Below the pieces are notes generated by a model. The model worked only from the letters and a program-made list of their open reading frames with translations. It was not told the DNA's origin and did no database searches. This document shows, one piece after another, positions 52,301 to 61,300 of a stretch of 64,000 bases of DNA. Location: NCBI GenBank assembly GCA_030141605.1, contig JAQGDQ010000006.1, positions 868,001 to 932,000 of the forward strand, given 5' to 3'. The DNA comes from Tubiluchus corallicola (taxonomy: Eukaryota; Animalia; Priapulida). How positions within the stretch are numbered: the stretch's first letter is position 1; every line of letters starts with the position of its first letter. Position numbers and translations under genes: made by a program.

Positions 52301-55300
52301 GACAAAATTGGTAGCAGAGAGTAGTTTTCTGCTAATCAGTGGGCGACGATACTTATATGCAGTGTACGTTTACCAAGAAAGAGCGATCGTCTACTCGCTA
52401 GGACGTCTGTCTACCGGTAAATAATTTTCGAACAGTTTCGTAATGACTAATTATGGCTAAAGATAACAAATGCATAAATTGTCGTCAAAGTGTTGCAAGT
52501 GGGTTGATATGTGACAGCTGTGAACGTTGGTGGTGCATAAACTGTTTAAACCTAAAGCAAGATCATGTACTAACAGAGAAACTTTGAGGCATTAAGTAAG
52601 CTGGGCGAATTTCAATGGGCATGCGAGAAATGTTGCGACAATTTACTAATTCAGCTGGTGGAATCCGGAACGTTTACTACAAAGCAGTTGTCCGAATTCG
52701 GTTGTAATGGTGACGTTATCAATGTAATTCAAACTACGAAGCAAGCTGATAAGGTCGAAATAATATCTAACGAAAATCAAACGGAAGCCACTTCGCTGCC
52801 AACACAGCAAAAACTGCATCCACGGGTCAAGTATTGCTCAATCGCAACAACAGATGTTCCAAACGCTTCAAGAAGAACGCGAACGAAAAGAACGCAAAGA
52901 AGAGCTAGAGTTAATCCTAGAGTCGGTGAAAAAGCAACTCGTCAGCAGTCCGCCACCGGATATGTCATCAGATTCTACTACGAATTTTACAACCGCGAGG
53001 CTCCCGAAGATCGAACTAACAAAATTTAATGGCAACGCCTTACAATGGAACAATTTCTGGGAATCATTCAAAATCAACGTTGACAGCAGACAACTCAGCA
53101 ACAAACAGAAATTAGACTATCTACATCGAGTTTTAGAAGGACCAGCGTATGACAAAATTAAAGGGCTGGGAATGGAAGGCGACAAGTACAGTGAAGCAGT
53201 CACTATTTTGAAGATTTTTACGGCAATCCCGGTTTTCAAGAACAAGCGCATTGGGAGTCCCTGAAAGCAGTTCCCCACGTGAAAGAAAACCTGAGTAACC
53301 TTGAACAATTTACCGATGAAATACGCTCAATTACTATATCGCTCAAACGTCAAGGCATTACAAATCAAGTCCTCGACAGTCACGTGACGGAGTTAGTACG
53401 AAAACTACCTAAATATCTGACGGAAGAAATAAATAGATTTCGGCTGTATCAAGGCAAAAAGAGAGACGCAGCAAAGATGGAAGAATTAATTTCATTTTTA
53501 CAAGACTACCAAGAAGTAAATTTACATCGAACCAATGAAGGACAAGTTAAGAAAACACAGCTGTGGAACCAGGGTTCTGGAACAGAAAAAGCTATCCCTA
53601 CTACTAATTTTATTCAGAATGTTTCCAGAAATAAACTGAGCTGCGCCTTTTGTGAAAAAGACAATCACTGCAGTGACGAATGCAAGAAGGTGGTAGATTA
53701 AAAAAAACGCAAGGAAATAATAGCCAATGCTAAAAGATGCTACAAATGTTTGAGTACCCGACACTTAATGAAAGACTGCAACAGACAGAAGCCATGTTTC
53801 CACTGCAAAAGTACCAGTCACAACTCAGCGCTCTGCGAGAAACGAGAGAAGATTTTATCTTCCCAACATTTAGCTGTACAGACAGAACCAAGCGTCACTG
53901 AAACCATAGTTAAGCAGCATGATTTCCACGTCACCTATCCCATTGTGATGCCAGCGTTTCCATGCACAGCAGTGAATACGCAAACTGAAGAGGCTCGTGA
54001 AGTTTTTGTCTACGTTGATGGTGGAGCCAAACATTCAAGTATCACCGACGAAGCAGCTTCTAGACTTAATTTGTTAGGCATGGGAAGATACAAGCTAGAA
54101 ACATCACGCTTCAATACAGATGTAATAGAGGCGGTACAGTCGAGTAAAGTGAAGTTCATTCTAAAGGGGTCTAAAGATTTTAGCCTGCAAATTCAAGCTT
54201 ATACAATTCCAAAGCTAGCACCTCCATTTCAAGTAGAGCCAATTCGACTAAACGCACAAGCTTGGGAAAAAGTTCGGCAGCTACGACTATTGAACTTGCT
54301 ACCACGAAGCAATACCCAGAGAAGAATTGATGTCATCATTGGACAAGATTTCATCAACCACATTATGGGACCAATGATTCCAGCTACGCACATTCAGAAT
54401 GATTTGTTTGCTCATCGCAGTCCATTGGGAGATTTTCTAGCCGGAAATGCTACGATACCGGAAATGAATTATGATTCTAGCACTCGACCAGTTGTCGCGC
54501 CTAATTTATTTTGCTGTTCTGCTATAGAAGATGTTGCAAACTCGACACAGTTAGAAGAAGTAGGAATAAACAAACAGTCTGAGTTATCACAGAAGGATAA
54601 AGAAGTTATCCAGAAATTTAGAGAAACAATTGAATTCAAGCATGGGCATTACAAAGTTGGTTTTCCATGGAAACATCCTACACAGCATTTGGTTTCAAAC
54701 TATCACGTAGCAAAGAAAAGACTTGAGTCTACACTAAAGATGTTAGCTCCTAATGGATCACCAACACGTCACTACGCTACGTACAATGAAACTATCAACA
54801 ACGTGTAGCTGCTGAATTAACAGTGACACGGTCATCGTCATTGCTGTCATCATCATCAGTAGCTGACGTATTTAGTGCTTGACGTGAACCATATGCCTGA
54901 GACACAGGCGGCTGAACTACTGTTGGTTTTGTTTCTCTTTCTAGCTCCAGCTTCTCTTGAATCAGCATACGAGATGCATCGACTTGCTCAACAAAAGTTT
55001 GGAGTTGATCCAGTAAAGAAAAACTTTCCACTCGCAGAGCCTCCTTCTTCATCTCATCATCTATTGTCTCTATTAATTCATCGTAATGCTTTGTTACTTC
55101 AGAGAACCTTTTTATGGATGTTTGTGCTCCTTCTACAGCTGCTCTATGCTGAACAAAGGTTTCCTCTGTTGCCAAAAAAGGATTATTGTCACCAAGAACT
55201 TGCTGCGCACGCTTAGTCAGTTGCTCAACTACTGGTATTAGCCTTTTCTTCTTCTGTGCTCTGGTATCCACTGGCATTTTGCCTTACACTGCAAATAGAA

Positions 55301-58300
55301 CCTTTACAAAACAGCATACAAGTGTAAAGCCCTCCCCCGCACAAGGTAAAGATAAAGGCAACAATGTAATACTGTGTTTAAATGAAAATGTCAAAATGCT
55401 ATAGCAGGCAATCAGGTAGATACCACATAGAAGAGGGTAAAGGGAAAAGGAATTTACTGTGAATCAGAAATCAGCATAATGAAAATCATTTTACTCACAG
55501 TCCTTCTAAATGTTACAGCATACCCAAGTAGTAGTGGGCACTGGCACCAATGTGAAAATTGTCAATATATGTAGCAACATAAACCAAACTGCTTTAGTGG
55601 CACAAACACTTTATTATTGACTGTCTTTTCTGTACACTACGTTGTGACTACTAGATTAAAACATGTAAAAGCTCAAATCAGTTGAAACTGGTTAACCTTG
55701 GGCAATGCATATCAGAAACCAGTCAGGTGAGAAAATTATTCACTGTAGTCTAGCTTGCTGTAAAGTTGTAATGTTGCTAAAGTTTATAGTGTTCATAAAC
55801 AGACTCGTGAATCAGTTCACGGCAAATGTTTTTGCAAGGTTCAACTGTTGATTTATTGTTGTTGTGTCTAAGATATACAATTTAAGACAAGTTAGCAAAA
55901 CTTGCAGCTTTGAACACCGAAATCTATGCCAACCAACCTTTTTTGCACATGCAGGTGCTGCCATCTATACTGACTGAGAACATAACACTTTACAGCTATT
56001 AAGTTGTCCTTATTGGATGCTATATTTAACTTTTTTGTTATTGTCGTTTTTGGCAGGCATCCTACCTTTTCTGTAGCAGATTTATTTAATAAAGTTTCAT
56101 TTTGAAGTCAATAAAGAGTTTAAGTGGAATAGGTCCTACATAAAGCAAGAGTTTGTTTTATACATAATATCGCATATGTGTATTACAAATGCTTTGAGCC
56201 GCAAAATGTGCATGCGGTGATCCGGGATAAATGACAGCCAGGGCACCTGGTGTGGGGTGTGCTTAAAGCATCAACACAGCTTAATCTGGCCCTGTCAGTC
56301 GATGTTAAATTTGTTGTTCTAAACTTATAGGAATATCAATAGTTTAGCTTTTTACTGCAGCGTCCAGAAATTTGAAGGTAGGCTTATATTTTTATACTGG
56401 CATTGATCAATAATCTGTCTTTTTAGTTGTTTTATCCATTATGCATAAGCTACAGCTTCGTCCGATTTTGATTTTAATCCATATTATAACTCGATAACTT
56501 GTTTCAAATATGAACTGAATTTACAAACTCTGTGCTATGTCGATGAATCTAAAAAAAATCTGTGTCGATAGTATCCCGATAATTACCAAATCGACAAGCA
56601 TCCCTAGTACTGTCACTATGGACTTATTTTTATACCTATATGTTGCATCGTAAATTGATTTACGGCTTTCTTTTTCAAACAATTCAAATGAGTCCATACT
56701 GTTCTCACTTGTTACTAAATTCTTTCCCAAGCTAGTGGACAACCTTGAAAATTAAAAAAATAACTGCAGCTGAACCTGAGAGCAACGAACTCTTTAAAAA
56801 CTTTCAATCTATTATAACTTTGTGCACATTGTGAAGTTGCTTTTACTATGTGTGAATTTTAAACAAGCACTTTTAGAGGCCTTGTAGAACCAAAGTATAA
56901 AAGGTGCATTTCAGAACAGAATAAAGTCTTGTGTACTTTCAAATAAAAACTGAAAGCTTTGCTTGTTCTGTTAAAAGGTTTTCCTTACCACAGATTGTAA
57001 CTTGTATGTTTTGTAAACACTCTACTACACACCTACACACATTTGACGTGAATATACTATAATTTACAATTTGCTAACACATTGCATTTTTTGCATTGAT
57101 ACATGTGCAAAAAGTTGCAAATAAATATTAAATGTAATATAATTACAGGTTGTATTATTTATCATTTAGTGCTTCACCTTATTAGTGCATTACTTACAGT
57201 GACATATTAGATGAACTGCCTGGCCGAATAAATACACTATTAGAGAGAGAGAGAGAGAGAGAGAGTTTATTCATTTCCACATTGCATCTTACAATTATCA
57301 TTAAAATACAGATAATTAATCACTTAAGTAAATATAAATATAAATAAATGCAGTATTATCGAGAAATTACAAAATGCAGCATATACATGTGCAAATTACA
57401 TTACAGAATAATTTTGATGCATACAGTTTGAGCCTAAAAGCATAGCTTGACAGGCCAAACTGTATGTGGAAATCTTAAAAAAAAAGATTAATAATTGAAA
57501 TAATGATAATATATACATAAACGTGGGGGGGGAGTAGTGAATGAAATGGAGCGAGAACTAAGAAAAACTGTGCTCATGATTATAAAGCGTTCAGTAACCT
57601 GTTGAGCATAGTCATGTTATATTAAGATTACTGTGGAAAAAGAATGCAGGTTATTACCATTATCAAATTGTGTTACTCTTAATACTTTTGAAATATTTCT
57701 TTTCTGACGGTTTTTTTAAAAGTTGAAAGGGAGTGACTACATTTCGAATTGCGGCTTAGTCTGTCCCATAGGACTGGTCCCATATAGCTAATGAAGTGTT
57801 TCGTCATATTTGTTCTACAACGTCTTGGTATATATTCATTATGTCTGGTATTGTATTTTTTACATTTATCTTGACTGGATTTTCAAAAAGTTGGAAATAA
57901 GTTGTTGTTGGTTCTATACATGTATATACATCCATTAAAATTAATAACATCATCCAGAAGTAATATTTTACATTGCTTAAAATGTGTAGTAGTAATTGTG
58001 CTCCTCTTGTCTAGTTTGAAGATGACAGGTAAAAATTTTCGTTGTAAAACTCTTAAGCATTCTAAATTTGTAGTATAAGTAAAGCCCCATAATGTTGTGC
58101 AGTAATTTAAATATGATAATATTAAACTGTTGTATAATGTTAGAAGATGTTCGGTGTTTAGAAAGTTTTTAATATATGAAATAATACCTATATTTTTTGA
58201 TATTTTCAATCTGATCATGAATATATGTGGTCCCCAGTCTAGATGCTCATTCAGTATTAATCAGAGAAATTTCAGTTCTTTTACACGTGTAATTCTTTTA

Positions 58301-61300
58301 TGGTCTATTATTAAATCGTGGTTCGCTTGAATTGGTTTATTTCGGGATCTAAACAGAATGTATTTTGTTTTTGATGAATTTAGTGACAGTTTATTTGTTT
58401 TGAACCATATAGCTAGATCATGTAGAACTGTATTTATGTAGTCAATATTGATTTCTATTTTATGAAAGCTAAAAAAATGCTTGTATCATCAGCAAACTGA
58501 AATAAATTGTGATTTTTAACACAAAATTTGATGTCATTAATATAAATTAGAAAAAGTAGTGGCCCAAGGACTGAGCCTTGGGGCACGCCACATTTGATTG
58601 GTGCTACATCTGAAAAAGCGTTATTATATTTTACTGTCTGAGTGCGCCCTGTCAAATAATTCTTTAGCCACATATGAGGCAAACCTCTGATACTGTAATA
58701 GTACAACTTATTTAGCAGAATGTCATGGTTTACTGTATCAAATGCTTTTGATAGGTCGCAAAATACTCCGTAGGATGTGCCATTTTTTTCAACAGTATTA
58801 ATGATATTTTCTATAATTTTTGTTAAGGCTATTTCAGTGGAGCTACCTTTTCTGAAACCAAATTGTTTATTACTCAGAATTCTTTTTTTTATTAAATAAT
58901 GAGATAACTGATTGTAAAAAACTTTTTCTAATATTTTTGATATAAAAGGCAATAAGGACACTGGTCTATAATTGTTCAGAGACATGGGATCATCTGATTT
59001 AAACAAAGGAACAATAATTGATTCTTTCAATTTCATTGGTATTTCACCTGTAAGAAAAGATAAATTAATTAAATATTGCATAGGTTTAGAGATGTAGTCG
59101 ATGGTGTCTATTACGACTTTAGGTAACATTTTGTCCTTACCAGGACCTTTATTCCGATTAAACGATTTGCAAGTATTTATTATATCATTTTCTGTTACTG
59201 CACTAATAAAAAAGCTTTGTCGGTAGGTACCTTTAAGATATATACATGGATTTATGTTTGTGTTTTCAATTTGTTCTGATAATATTGGTCCAATATTGGC
59301 AAAGTAATCGTTAAAAGCATTTGCCACCTCTACATTATTTTTAATTAATTTACTGTTTATGAACAACGTAATGGGTCGATTTTGTCTTTCTTTGTGCATA
59401 ATTTCTTAATTATTACTATCTTTCTATTCACTGTAAATGGTAATTTTTTACGATTTATAATATTCTTTTAATGTTAGAACTAATATTTTCAATATATTTT
59501 TATACATTTTGTGATTTTTTTATGCAAACTTCATCAAATCTATACATTACTGTACAATACGTACTACGCATATGCAAAAATACTTGAGACGGAGTACCGC
59601 AAAACAGCAGGTTTGCGATAAATGAACCGCGAAGTAGCAAGGGAACACTGAACCTTTGCATAGTGTGGGAGCACTATTGCTTCAATTGTACCAGCACTCC
59701 CCCCATCACATCCCACCTGTGAGGTAAATATTGCTATTTCCTTTAATTTCCGTCTTTCTGGGCTTTCCCGAGGCATAAGGAGAGAGAAAACTGTGGGCAA
59801 AAGCCTACATAATGGCTTTCATCTGTTGATCTGCAGTAATATTAGACCGATAAAACTTCAGATTCCAAGTTTTGTCACAATTATTTTACTACTAGTAGTA
59901 GTACTAGGGACGAAATTACGTTGGTTTTTCAGTATGAGTTTGGCCTATTATTTGCCTCCTGTGTTTGAAGTATACAGTAGAGACTATCTGTTACTCTTAA
60001 TCTACTGAGTATTATTAGTAAACTAGCTTTTATTAAGCAGCTTACTTACAAAAATACATTCAATTCCATTTTAGTCAGTACTTAAAAAAACTTAATGGCC
60101 AAGTTTGGAAGCAAAAAATTAAATCATTTTAAAGTAGTGCACCATTAAACTTCACAAACTTCCGTAGAAAACACCAAAACCCATCTTCCGCCTCGAGCAC
60201 TCAAAACTAAGTATTTATAACACATTTTTGCTAAAACTCGCCCGGCAATACGCATCGTCTTTTCATGTCTAGTTGAACACAGGTTAACAGATTTGTAGGC
60301 ATGCTGCCATCTGTACGAAGAACGGGCAATTTAGCTAGTTGTAGGTCTGAATGTGGGGTTGGCAAAAGAATTGAAAGGATTCCTCAGTTCAGCGGATGGG
60401 CGCATGGGCGCCGGCAGGCGAATGTACGTGCGTCCACAGAATTTCTTGAGAAATTTTTTTATGGCTAAATAAAGTTTTTTAGCAGTAAACCAAGAAACAC
60501 ACCAACCCCTTGTTTGTTTGCGCAATCCCCGAGCAGTCAGCTGATTTGCATAGTGAAGTTCTGTTTATGTATATCACTTACATAGTGTCGATTCTCTTAT
60601 CGATTTCCATTGTCTAGACAGTTTTTAGCTAACTGTAACTACACTTCTGTATTTAGGGGATGGGCCCAAGGGGCCTGGCCCCCTTTCACGGTAGTAATGA
60701 AATTATGAGTCACGAGTTTGAGGTGAACTTGCCTGAGGAAATAGCTTTTAGCAAATGCAAAATGGTCTAAAATGCAGTAAAATTGCATTTAGCTGTGTCC
60801 AGTGGGAAAAATTAGTATGCACACAAATTTATTAAATTTTGTATGAACAGTGGGTGGGCTGCAAATTTAACAGTCTCAATCAGTTTTATGTTTGACTATC
60901 CACATTTTACTGGATGGATGATCTCGACACTAAATAAATTAAGCTTAAGTAATGGGTCATCTGCATTGCAGTGTATTATAAACTTGCTTTTAAGACATAT
61001 GACTACTACAATAGAATACAATGAATATTACCTAGGTCAAATTTTCTAACCTCTGATGGCGCCCATGGTCTTGTGTGAGCGGCAAAATTTGATTAGCATG
61101 ATTTTGTATAGCTGATTTAGTCGATGACTAATGCTAAGTCAACATCTTAGCGAGATGTGGAAAAATGTGTACAGCCCTGGATTAACCATTAAGCAAAATA
61201 AGCACATGCTTAGCGTTTCAGAGGAAGAGGGATAGCACATAGATTTTTCAAAACGAATAACTAATAACGAAAAAGTAAAATATACCAGAGTATGCTTGGT

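Larger units (their letters stand above)
50423..55824 (-). mobile_element. BEL/Pao LTR retrotransposon (outer element), internally deleted
   Basis: Direct LTRs 50423-50711 and 55551-55824 with TG...CA ends; TSD AATGT (50418-50422, 55825-55829); PBS TGGTGCCAGTG on the - strand next to 55551; PPT GGCTGGCGGGAG next to 50711; gag start 54795-55277 and integrase 50699-52007, both on -. Confidence 0.93.
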
